Below are positions 19,945 through 29,223 of a stretch of 64,000 nt of DNA, piece by piece; within the stretch, counting starts at the first letter, position 1, and each line of letters opens with the position of its first letter. The notes beneath the pieces were generated by a model. That model did not search any database, was not told the DNA's origin, and saw only the letters and a list, made by a program, of their open reading frames with translations. This DNA is from Candidatus Heimdallarchaeota archaeon (GTDB taxonomy: Archaea; Asgardarchaeota; Heimdallarchaeia; JABLTI01). The DNA is taken from the NCBI GenBank assembly GCA_018238155.1, contig JABCTZ010000046.1, positions 256,001-320,000 of the forward strand, written 5' to 3'. The position numbers and the translations under genes were made by a program.

Positions 19945-21207
19945 TTGATAAAAATGAATAATGATAATGGTAATTTTAATTCGACAGTAATAGCAAATGT
20001 TCAATTTCAAGCGGGACATTTTGTAGATGCAAAGAAGTCTTTCCTGAAAGTCATAAAAGAAAACCCAACTGATTTTCAAGCACTAGTCCTCTTGGGAAAT
20101 ATTGCACTACTTTCGAATAAATTCAAAGAAGCTGAAGAATGGTTAAAGAAAGCTATGGAAGCTGAACCAGAAGAACCAGCACCTCATGCATTACTAGCAG
20201 AAGTTAACTACAGACAAGATAAATTCAAAGAAGCCGCAGAAAGTCTAAGGTTTTATGGTATTAATGATATGGCTGAAAGATTAGAGAGCTTCAAAGGCAG
20301 TACCCCATATCAAATTGAAAGTGAAAAAGATGTTTTCAAAGTAAAAATGGAACAAGTCGACCCATTACCAATTGTAAAAGTGAAAATAAATGGTCATAAA
20401 GAAGTGAATTTTCTTGTAGACACTGGAGCAGCAGAAATAATGATTGATGCAGATTTCGCAAAAGAAATTAATTTGAAATCATTTGGAGAAAAAACAGGCG
20501 TGTTTGCAGGAGGGCAGAAAGCTACTACATATTTGAGCAAGATAGAGTCTATTTCTTTGGGTGATTTGAAAGTGCAGAACATTCCAGTGAAAATTGTGCC
20601 TGTTCGACCTGTTTCACAAATCTTTGGTGGAAAGCAAATTGATGGTATTATTGGAACAGTTCTTTTTTACCACTTCATTACAACTTTAGATTATCCAAAA
20701 GGAGAAATAATTTTTCGAAAGCAAACTAAGGGAAATTTAACAGCCTTAGAGAAAGCAATTGAAAACAAAAAACCAATTAAAATCCCCTTTTGGATGGCAG
20801 AGGATCACTTTATGGTTGCTTGGGGCAGAGTCAACAAAGGTGAACGAACATTGTTCTTCCTTGATACTGGGTTAGCTGGCGGAGGATTTACTGGCGCAAG
20901 AAAGACTCTAGATGATGCAGGAGTCAAACTCGATGAAGCAAATGCTTTCGAAGGAATCGGTGGCGGTGGTAAAGTTAGGGCTATACCATTTGAAGTTGAG
21001 GAACTAACATTTGGTGATACTGTTGAGAAGAACATTCGAGGAGTTTTCACCGAAAGATTTCCAATTGAATATTCAGTTGGATTCCGTATTGGAGGAATTA
21101 TCTCACATCAATTCTTTAGACATTATGCACTTACATTTGACTTTATGAAAATGAGATTTATCTTAGTTAAGAATACAGAAATAAAAGCATCTACTCAAAC
21201 AAAGTAG
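19945..21207 (+). CDS. TPR + tandem retropepsin-like aspartyl protease
   Basis: N-terminal TPR pair; FLVDTGA...GIIG and FFLDTGL...GGII motifs. Confidence 0.88.
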   Translation: MIKMNNDNGNFNSTVIANVQFQAGHFVDAKKSFLKVIKENPTDFQALVLLGNIALLSNKFKEAEEWLKKAMEAEPEEPAPHALLAEVNYRQDKFKEAAESLRFYGINDMAERLESFKGSTPYQIESEKDVFKVKMEQVDPLPIVKVKINGHKEVNFLVDTGAAEIMIDADFAKEINLKSFGEKTGVFAGGQKATTYLSKIESISLGDLKVQNIPVKIVPVRPVSQIFGGKQIDGIIGTVLFYHFITTLDYPKGEIIFRKQTKGNLTALEKAIENKKPIKIPFWMAEDHFMVAWGRVNKGERTLFFLDTGLAGGGFTGARKTLDDAGVKLDEANAFEGIGGGGKVRAIPFEVEELTFGDTVEKNIRGVFTERFPIEYSVGFRIGGIISHQFFRHYALTFDFMKMRFILVKNTEIKASTQTK

Positions 21208-21361
21208 CTGCTTCTTTCATCTTCTCTATTACATGCACATCAAATGGGCAGCGTTCAATACAATCACCGCACTCTGGTGATTTCTTTTCTAACCAATCCG
21301 TTCCAATGCTTATTTCACTAATTTCCAGACCAGTTTTACCCAGTTTTCTATATTTCATCAT
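21191..21361 (-). pseudogene. Aldo/keto reductase-4Fe-4S gene remnant with in-frame internal deletion
   Basis: Hand translation MMKYRKLGKTGLEISEISIGTDWLEKKSPE|CGDCIERCPFDVHVIEKMKEAATLFE*, an AKR N-terminus joined directly to the C-terminal Fe-S tail; GAGGT SD retained. Confidence 0.8.
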
Positions 21362-21715
21362 TACCTCACTAAATTAGAACATTGAATTCAAATATATTAT
21401 TCTTTTTGAAAAATATCTAATGCAATTTTTTGGAAACTCTTCTATATATTTGCTGTATTAGCAAATGTAGTTGAGGTCCAGAAGAGCATTTCGACAAGGC
21501 CATGCTTCAGCGAATAATTTTAGATGGAGAAAAATTAATTTAATTATAAATACCATTTTTTTTTCGACAAAAAATAATAATGTTTATTTGGAATTAAAAC
21601 TACCAAATATAAATTGGTTCTCTGAAAAGTATGAGATCTATTAATCATCACTGTAATTATTGTATCTGAACATATTATAATAGGTAATGTATTATCTAGC
21701 AAACTAGGAATTGAT

Positions 21716-22114
21716 TTGATGGAAGAAGAAAATTTCGAGCTACTAAAACAACGACAAACAGCAAATGAACAATTTGACTTGATACAGAAATTCCACTTGG
21801 CGGTGTTCTTCACTGCAACTTTTATTTCAGTAGCCATAATAATGATTGAAGGAATATACCAGTTGGTTGAAGTTAACCTATTTAATTATTTTCTAATTCT
21901 CACACTATCAATGCTACCAACATTAATATTCGCCATAAATATACTAATCTATTTACTTCCAATTATTCCATTCAAACGTAATGAGAAAGGAATGAGCCTA
22001 GACGTTGATTACAGTTATATTGTAAAAGAGCAAAAAAAACCAACAACAGCTAAATATAAAGTAAGAAAAGTTTTTTTGACTGTCTTATGCATTTTAGGCA
22101 TATTGTCAACATAG
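21716..22114 (+). CDS. Small membrane protein, possibly frameshifted at 3' end
   Basis: Two TMs. A third hydrophobic segment is cut by TAG at 22112, while an alternative frame continues IVNIGNIVFLIIEIMM* to 22152. Confidence 0.55.
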   Translation: MMEEENFELLKQRQTANEQFDLIQKFHLAVFFTATFISVAIIMIEGIYQLVEVNLFNYFLILTLSMLPTLIFAINILIYLLPIIPFKRNEKGMSLDVDYSYIVKEQKKPTTAKYKVRKVFLTVLCILGILST

Positions 22115-22227
22115 GAAATATAGTTTTTCTAATAATTGAAATTATGATGTAATTTACAATCGGCAAATCTTTGCTGATTTTTAATCTATTTGTAGAAACA
22201 TTTCCTTTTATTTGTTATAGTGGCACA

Positions 22228-22300
22228 GCGTTTGCAACTTTTGCAAATGCTTATATACTTAATGAGACCAAAAGACTATAGTGTTTGCAAAATATGCAAA
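22228..22300 (+). promoter_or_regulatory. Promoter with two palindromic operators flanking a TATA box
   Basis: TTTGCAA-ctt-TTGCAAA (22231-22247), TTATATA (22251-22257), TTTGCAA-aat-ATGCAAA (22284-22300). Confidence 0.65.
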
Positions 22301-23316
22301 AGGTGTTAAATAAATTGACAGAAGAAGTACAAGATGTTGCGATTAGTATACAAGGTTTAACTCGAGACTTTGGAAACTTTACTGCAGTATCAGATATATC
22401 ATTAGATCTTCCACGGGGAGAAATAATAGGTTTCCTTGGACCAAATGGAGCTGGAAAATCAACAACAATGAAAATGGTTGCAGGTTTAATCAAGCCATCT
22501 GAAGGGAAGGTATTTTTCCGTAAGAACGGAGAATTAGTAGAATTGAATAGAAGCAATAGAGATGCAATATTTAGAGACGTTGGTTTTCTAATAGAAAATC
22601 CAGATTTCTATAGCCATATGACGCCAAGACAAATCTTAACGTATTTTGCAGAATTGAAAGGATATCCCCGCAAAGAGATAAAGAAACGCGTAGAAGATGT
22701 TGTAAAATTGGTAGATATGGACGAATGGCTTGATAAAAAAATTAAAACCTTCTCTAAGGGAATGAGACAAAAGATAGGTCTTGTTTCTGCATTGGTACAT
22801 GACCCTTCTATATTGATTCTCGATGAACCTCAAACGGGTTTAGACCCAAAAGCTCGCAAGGAAGTTAGAGAAATTTTAATGAAACTTAAATCAATGGGTA
22901 AAACAATTTTTTTGAGTAGTCATTTGCTCTATGAGGTAAGTGAAATTTCTGATAAAATTGCTATCATAAATCATGGACAGCTAGTTGCATTTGATACAGT
23001 TGAAAAACTTGAAGCTAAAATGAAAAAGAGTTTGCTACAGATTGAGCTACGAGAACAACCTGAAAACATTGATGAGATGATTGAGACGATTAGCAAAATC
23101 ATCAAACCAATTGTTGGAGAATTGAATGGAAAAGATATAGTTCATTATAATTACAATTTGAAAGTGTTTGAAGTCTTATTTGATGGAAATACAGAAAATA
23201 AGCATAAAATTCTAGATACCATGATGGCTAAGGGATTAAAAATTTCCGAATTTTCTGTGCCAAGGACAAATCTTCTTGAGAGTTTGTATATTGGATTAAT
23301 GGAAAATGGATCATGA
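22285..23316 (+). CDS. ABC-2 type (multidrug/export) ATP-binding protein
   Basis: GPNGAGKST, FSKGMRQK, LILDEP, SSH. True start probably TTG at 22315, after an AGGTG SD. Confidence 0.93.
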   Translation: MQNMQKVLNKLTEEVQDVAISIQGLTRDFGNFTAVSDISLDLPRGEIIGFLGPNGAGKSTTMKMVAGLIKPSEGKVFFRKNGELVELNRSNRDAIFRDVGFLIENPDFYSHMTPRQILTYFAELKGYPRKEIKKRVEDVVKLVDMDEWLDKKIKTFSKGMRQKIGLVSALVHDPSILILDEPQTGLDPKARKEVREILMKLKSMGKTIFLSSHLLYEVSEISDKIAIINHGQLVAFDTVEKLEAKMKKSLLQIELREQPENIDEMIETISKIIKPIVGELNGKDIVHYNYNLKVFEVLFDGNTENKHKILDTMMAKGLKISEFSVPRTNLLESLYIGLMENGS

Positions 23317-23331
23317 AATAGAGAGGATAAG

Positions 23332-24231
23332 GTGAGAAAAATGCACTCAGAACAAACCGAAATTAAAAAATCAAGAGTTATGTCTATTCAAGATATTATT
23401 TACTTTGGTTCAAGACAGATTGGATCTACAATTAAATTTGAGTTTATTCGTAACAAAATGAGTTTACTCATTGCAACTGGTTCATCAGTATTTATTTACT
23501 TACTATTTTTGATAATTGACTTAATACAACAAGGTAGAGGTGTAGAACTTCCAGAATCCAATATTGATTATATTACAGGTAATTATCTTGGAATGTTGTT
23601 TCCGTTTTTAATTATGATAATTGGAATAACTTTAGGTGCGTCTATTATTTGTGAAGATTATCAGAAAGATACTGGCAACTTGATATTTCCAAAAACAACT
23701 AAATTTAGATTACTTACTGGACGATTAATTGCCAGATTTTTATATGCAATAGTAGCAGTAACAGTATATTACTTGCTAATTAGCATAACCACGTTAGCTT
23801 ATTATGGCACTATTTCAACACTGATCTTCGCATCCTGGGGATGGGCTTTACTGTACACATTAGCAGTATTCTCTGTAGTAGTCTTTTTCAGTAGTTTAAT
23901 GAAAAACAATGCTGGAACAATTATACTGAGCATACTAATAATATTGATAGTATTTTCTATGGTAGACTCAATCTTGAGATTTACAGGTTCATCTATTGAA
24001 CCATTGTTCATTCTAACATACTACTCAAACATTATTACAGCAATATTTGATATGCCGGTAGAAAGATTCGCTGAAAGCACTTTTAGAGGACACGGTGGTG
24101 GTGGTGATGGAATAATAGTATACTCCTGGTCAACTCCAAGTATTGGTGGAGCAGTAGCAGGAATGCTAACTTATACAACGCTTCTCATAGGTAGTTCCTA
24201 TTTCTTATTCCAGTTCCGGCAAAAGAAATAG
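23332..24231 (+). CDS. ABC-2 type permease
   Basis: 6 TMs, I-CEDYQKDTG-L-FPK motif; directly downstream of the ATPase. Confidence 0.85.
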   Translation: MRKMHSEQTEIKKSRVMSIQDIIYFGSRQIGSTIKFEFIRNKMSLLIATGSSVFIYLLFLIIDLIQQGRGVELPESNIDYITGNYLGMLFPFLIMIIGITLGASIICEDYQKDTGNLIFPKTTKFRLLTGRLIARFLYAIVAVTVYYLLISITTLAYYGTISTLIFASWGWALLYTLAVFSVVVFFSSLMKNNAGTIILSILIILIVFSMVDSILRFTGSSIEPLFILTYYSNIITAIFDMPVERFAESTFRGHGGGGDGIIVYSWSTPSIGGAVAGMLTYTTLLIGSSYFLFQFRQKK

Positions 24232-24244
24232 ATTAGGACTCACG

Positions 24245-24292
24245 GAAAAGGAAAGAGCGAACGCTCAACGCTCTTTTTCTTTTTCATTTTCT
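24245..24292 (+). terminator. Hairpin + T-tract terminator
   Basis: AAAGAGCG (24252-24259) / CGCTCTTT (24269-24276) followed by tttcttttcatttt. Confidence 0.6.
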
Positions 24293-24356
24293 AAGAAGAA
24301 GAAGAAAACTAAACAAAAACCTAAAATCAGATGCTTTCTACTATGGTTGTATCCAC

Positions 24357-25328
24357 ATGAATTGTTCTTGTGAAAGTCTATATAAAAAAGCAAAAGAGAG
24401 ATGCTGCATGTCTAAAGAATCTGAAGTCAAACTTGATTTAAAAATAAGTTGGAAAATGCTAAAAGCTAACTACAGAGCTTTTCTAATGACAGAGCTTTTT
24501 GTATTCATATCCTTCATTATTGCATTCCTTCTTGCTGGAGGTATATTTGCTATAATTATTACGTCTATACCATCACTTACTTTTAGTGAGGTTTTAGCGG
24601 ATATTAAAAGTAAAGAGAATATCCGATATTCAATAATCGGCTCAGTTTTTATGGGTATCTCACACACTTTGGTAGTGAGCTTTCTTAATTGTCAATATGG
24701 ACTTGCGTATGATATAATGTCTTCAGGTGATATGTTCTCAGAATTTAAAAGAGCATTCAAATATTTTCGTAGATTTTGGTGGCAATATATGTTGTTTTCA
24801 CTCATATCAGTTGGCAGCATATTCATTCCAAGAAGAAGGGGATATTTCAGATCAGAAGAAATAACAAGTAGTATTTACTTTGACATTGGAATTATTGTTG
24901 TACAACTAATGATCTATTTCATCTTTACTGTAATTTCAAGTGGAACGCTACCAAGTGTAACAGCACAAGGAAGTTTCAAAAATAGTTTTGTAGAAACAAT
25001 TCGTATTTTAAGAAAACATCCAGAGCGTATTCTCAAAACTTGGGGGACGTATTTTTTTATCTTTATTTTTCCAGTAGTAGCAATATCTTTTGTACGTATG
25101 GAACTCCATTATTTCTTGGGTACAAATAAATGGTTTCTGATATTTGATATCATCGTATTGCTACTCTATCTTGTCTATCTCTTCGTAGGATACCCGTTAA
25201 AAACACTAATTTCTACAAGAATATACAACAGTATTGATTTTGAAAGATTTAAACCATTAACTGAGAATAATGATAATTTGGATCATGATCAGTTGAAAAG
25301 TAATGAGGAAAAAAAGAACATAGATTAA
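24357..25328 (+). CDS. Hypothetical multi-pass membrane protein
   Basis: About 6 TMs; probable start ATG 24408 downstream of a TATA box near 24380. Confidence 0.75.
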   Translation: MNCSCESLYKKAKERCCMSKESEVKLDLKISWKMLKANYRAFLMTELFVFISFIIAFLLAGGIFAIIITSIPSLTFSEVLADIKSKENIRYSIIGSVFMGISHTLVVSFLNCQYGLAYDIMSSGDMFSEFKRAFKYFRRFWWQYMLFSLISVGSIFIPRRRGYFRSEEITSSIYFDIGIIVVQLMIYFIFTVISSGTLPSVTAQGSFKNSFVETIRILRKHPERILKTWGTYFFIFIFPVVAISFVRMELHYFLGTNKWFLIFDIIVLLLYLVYLFVGYPLKTLISTRIYNSIDFERFKPLTENNDNLDHDQLKSNEEKKNID

Positions 25329-25357
25329 AAGTTACCATCATTGGATGTGAAAGATAA

Positions 25358-25684
25358 ATGAATGAAACAGAAAAAATTGTAGGAAAAGAAATAGCCTTTC
25401 TTCGAGAGGAGATGCTAATTACCAACCCTGATACTGTTCCAATACTTTTCCATCCTAAAAAAGAAGAAATTCTTAAGCTGCTTATTAATAGAGAAATGAC
25501 AATTATTGACTTGAAGCATGCAACAGGTATGAATCCAGGAACAGTTAAACGCCATCTTACTGATCTTTTGGAAAATCAGTTGGTCTTTATCTCACGTGAA
25601 AAAGTAAATGAATTCAGCATTGTAATGAAATACTACCGCGCTTCAGCTAAATCATTTCAAATTAGTATCAAGTGGCCTCAATAA
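25358..25684 (+). CDS. Winged-helix (ArsR-like) transcription regulator
   Basis: HP...ILKLL...EMTIIDL...MNPGTVKRHLTDL...KYYR. Confidence 0.85.
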   Translation: MNETEKIVGKEIAFLREEMLITNPDTVPILFHPKKEEILKLLINREMTIIDLKHATGMNPGTVKRHLTDLLENQLVFISREKVNEFSIVMKYYRASAKSFQISIKWPQ

Positions 25685-25703
25685 TAAAAAGATGAAAATA
25701 AAG

Positions 25704-26465
25704 CTAAGCTAGCTTAGCTTTTACTTTTGATAAAATTTGTGTCAATATCCCACCGATTTTTTCTTCGATTTTAATATCTACTTGACCATCCAATGGTGTT
25801 TCACCAATATTGATTAAAACTGTTTTTGCACCATTCTCCATTGCCAAAATGGGTAAATCTGCAGCAGGATTAACGACTAGAGATGAACCTATCATCAAAT
25901 AAACATCTGATTTCTCTGAATGTTCATATGCTATTTTGAAATCATATTCTGGCATCGGATCTCCAAAGTTAATTACAGAGGATATCAATCTCCCTTGACA
26001 ATTAGGGCATTTTGGTTGCGATGTATTAGTTGGTTGTGTAAGATAGCCAGGACCAAGAATATTTTTATCCCAACCCGCTTCTTCATAGGTCATTCTCTCA
26101 TCACATGCTAAACATTTCATAAGAGTTCCATTTCCATGTAATTCAGAGATTGTTTCAGGAAGAATACCAGACCGTCTATGGAGATTATCAGTATTTTGTG
26201 TAATAAGGAATTTGAGCAAGCTCATTTTTTGTAATTCAACAAGAACAAGATGACCCTCATTTGGATTGATTTCAGACCAAGCCTTTTTCATTTTTGGTGG
26301 TGGTAAACCTTTATCTCGTCTCGTCCAAACACCATCCGGTCCACGGAAATCAGGGATACCAGATTGAGTACTTATTCCAGCACCTGTAAATGCTACAAGA
26401 TGTTTAGCATTTGAAATCCATTCAGCTACTAATTCAATTTTTTCTTCTAATGACAAATTGTTCAT
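25704..26465 (-). CDS. Sir2-family NAD-dependent deacylase (class IV/SIRT6-7-like motifs)
   Basis: GAGISTQSGIPDFRGPDGVWT, TQNTDNLH, ELHG, CxxC...CxxC, GSSLVV. Confidence 0.93.
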   Translation of the reverse strand: MNNLSLEEKIELVAEWISNAKHLVAFTGAGISTQSGIPDFRGPDGVWTRRDKGLPPPKMKKAWSEINPNEGHLVLVELQKMSLLKFLITQNTDNLHRRSGILPETISELHGNGTLMKCLACDERMTYEEAGWDKNILGPGYLTQPTNTSQPKCPNCQGRLISSVINFGDPMPEYDFKIAYEHSEKSDVYLMIGSSLVVNPAADLPILAMENGAKTVLINIGETPLDGQVDIKIEEKIGGILTQILSKVKAKLA

Positions 26466-26516
26466 TTATATTTCCTCGAAAGAAGTGGTTAGAGACCTTA
26501 TTTTAAGGTAGCTGTA

Positions 26517-27353
26517 TTAGGGATCAATACCACAATCAGAGAAAATTTCCATTAAAGCTATATAGGATGCTTCCAAATAAATAGGTAAAAATTCACGATT
26601 ATATATCTCGAGAGTAATTGTTTCAGTGTATTTCATTTCTTTTAATTTTGAAATAAATCTTTTAAAATCAATGGAAGCTGTGCCAATTGGCAAATGAACA
26701 TCAGCTTGTTCTGAATATCCACCAAAATTGTCATGTAAATGGATATGCTTCAATTGTTTCTTGAATGTTTCAAGCATAGAGTAGATTTTTTCTTCAGAGG
26801 TTTTATGCGCTGTGCCCGGAAAAATGATATTTGCATGCCCGATATCGAAAGTAAATCCTAAATCTTTGTGTTTTTTGAAAATGGGTTTGAGATCATCTAC
26901 AGATTCGTCCGTATTTTCAAGCACCATTTGTAGATTATTCTGCTTAGCAATTTTAATCCATTCACTTATGGCTGAATCCTTTGCTTCAGATAATTTCTCT
27001 ACTGGAATATCTTTTGGATCTTCTGTGTGACCAAAAACTCCATGAAAAACTAATTTATTAGTTAAACCTAATTTTCCAATTAACGCTATTTCATCAGATA
27101 TTCGATCAACATAATCCGTCCATAAGGCAACATCAGAAATAATATGTGTATTTAGATGCGCTAAATGAATTATTGTAAATAAATCATAAGAATCAATAAT
27201 CTCTCTAATTGCTATCAATTGCAAATTGAGTTCATCTATATCAGCATAATAATCTCCAATATAGAATTCAACAAAATCAAATCCAATTCGTTTTGCTGCG
27301 ACGAGATCAGCTAACTGTAATTTTTCTAATGTAAAAGAAGCGCCAATTTTCAA
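26517..27353 (-). CDS. Sugar phosphate isomerase/epimerase (AP-endonuclease-2 TIM barrel)
   Basis: LEN, FDIGHA, HIHLHDN, DVHLPIG, TLE. Confidence 0.88.
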   Translation of the reverse strand: MKIGASFTLEKLQLADLVAAKRIGFDFVEFYIGDYYADIDELNLQLIAIREIIDSYDLFTIIHLAHLNTHIISDVALWTDYVDRISDEIALIGKLGLTNKLVFHGVFGHTEDPKDIPVEKLSEAKDSAISEWIKIAKQNNLQMVLENTDESVDDLKPIFKKHKDLGFTFDIGHANIIFPGTAHKTSEEKIYSMLETFKKQLKHIHLHDNFGGYSEQADVHLPIGTASIDFKRFISKLKEMKYTETITLEIYNREFLPIYLEASYIALMEIFSDCGIDP

Positions 27354-27661
27354 TTATTTTCTTGCCTCCATAATCCAATACTCGTTCCACTATAAAAAAG
27401 CAACAGAAGTATTATCATGTTTTAACCCATTTTAATTTCCTTAGCAAACTGCACCACTCGCATTGATAGCCCCTATCGTTTATTGCTCATAGATACAAAT
27501 AAATTTTGAGGAAATACTCAATTTCTGATATAGCTATTGTGAGAATTATTCAATGTTAGCATTTTAAGTGATGCTGAATACATTCAAAAAACAGAATGCA
27601 GAAACATAGTACTAATTTTTTCCATCGGAAATCAGTATTAAAGACTATGACATTCTATCAT

Positions 27662-29059
27662 TCATTGAATATTTTTAGTTTGTATATTAGTTTCACTCTT
27701 AGAATAATCTGAAGTAAACAATTTTTTCTTAAAAATAAAAAGAAAACCAAACAATAAAACAACCAGCTCAATACTGCCAGCTATATAGAGAAAAATACTC
27801 GGTGGAATATTTTCAATAAACATAGTGATCAAAGTTATTATTGTTAATCCTGTTGTCAGAGTTAATGAACTTAGAAAATATTCAACACTGAGCACTCTCC
27901 CTTGTTTTTCATAAGGAGTATTTTCTTGAATCAATGTTTCAAATGTAATGCCAAAAAAGCCATCTACTATTCCAAAAGGTAACATTATTAAGAAAACCAT
28001 TAACCACTCATTACGGATAAATGCCATTAAAATCATTGCCGTTCCTTCTATCACAAGTAATCCTGTCATGAGTACAACCTTTCTATCAAGACGCTTAAAC
28101 AACATTACAACTAATCCGGCAAGAATTGCAGCACCAGCAACAACAGATTCCATTGCTCCAAACCAAGTGCTATTTAGATTCATTTCAGCAGGGTCTTGTA
28201 ATATTACTGGCCACATGATGTCTATTCCAGCAAATGCAAAACTAACAAATGCCATTATCACAATGACAAAACCTATTTTTGGAGAGGATCTTATCGCACT
28301 AATTCCTACTTTGAAATCGTTTACAACTATTCTAAGCTTGGATTTTGAATTCTTAAACTCTTCAAGAGAAAGTCCATTTTCAGGTGGTTTTTGCCCTTTC
28401 AGAACCAATAACAAAAAAAACAAGATTGAAATAAATGAAGTAATAATTGCAAAAATGAATCCAATTGAATAGTCTACAGCGATAAGTACACCAGAAATAA
28501 TTGGTCCTAGTACTCCTGCAACTTGCAATGCTGTAGAGCTAAAAGAATTTGCTTTTAACAAATTTCTCTTTTTGATAATTAGTTTTGTGTATGCGCTCTT
28601 TGCAGGAGAGAAAAAGGGCCAGATTGAAACTCTTATAGTAAATAACAAATATAATAATATCAAATATAGAGAACTTTGTATCGTATTTTGGAGAAAATAA
28701 ACTATGACTAATCCTATTGCGGTTATCAATCGTACAACAATAGAAAAGAGCATTATTTTTCGCTGATCAACTCTATCAACAATTACTCCTGCAAAAGGTG
28801 CTAGAAAAATTAGAGGAAGCATAGTAACTATTTGAAATACACCTATCATAGTAGTGCTTTGCGTAAAAGAATAGATTAGAAACATTAGAGCAATGTATAT
28901 AGCGTTTGCGCCCATTAGCTCAAAAATATGACCTGAGAATACAAACAAAAATGATTTATTTGAAAGCACTTCCTTTAAACTTGGAGGTATATCATCTTCT
29001 TGAGAAGATTTAGCGGCACTCATTAAATCTTCCTCACTAACAAAATCATCTCGAATCAA
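27662..29059 (-). CDS. MFS transporter (DHA3/macrolide-efflux-like)
   Basis: 12 TMs, motif A GVIVDRVDQRK, QENTP..QGRV. Confidence 0.92.
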   Translation of the reverse strand: MIRDDFVSEEDLMSAAKSSQEDDIPPSLKEVLSNKSFLFVFSGHIFELMGANAIYIALMFLIYSFTQSTTMIGVFQIVTMLPLIFLAPFAGVIVDRVDQRKIMLFSIVVRLITAIGLVIVYFLQNTIQSSLYLILLYLLFTIRVSIWPFFSPAKSAYTKLIIKKRNLLKANSFSSTALQVAGVLGPIISGVLIAVDYSIGFIFAIITSFISILFFLLLVLKGQKPPENGLSLEEFKNSKSKLRIVVNDFKVGISAIRSSPKIGFVIVIMAFVSFAFAGIDIMWPVILQDPAEMNLNSTWFGAMESVVAGAAILAGLVVMLFKRLDRKVVLMTGLLVIEGTAMILMAFIRNEWLMVFLIMLPFGIVDGFFGITFETLIQENTPYEKQGRVLSVEYFLSSLTLTTGLTIITLITMFIENIPPSIFLYIAGSIELVVLLFGFLFIFKKKLFTSDYSKSETNIQTKNIQ

Positions 29060-29223
29060 ACATAAGACCTTCGAATAAAGCTATTTTGAATTATTAAGTT
29101 AATAACGATTTTTAAACACTTTAGTAGAATAGCTAATTCGACAAAACTATTTTAGTAGTAGTTTTTCGAAATAATCTTTATAACAATCAATTGTGATTAT
29201 ATTAATAGGAGATACTTTCTCTG

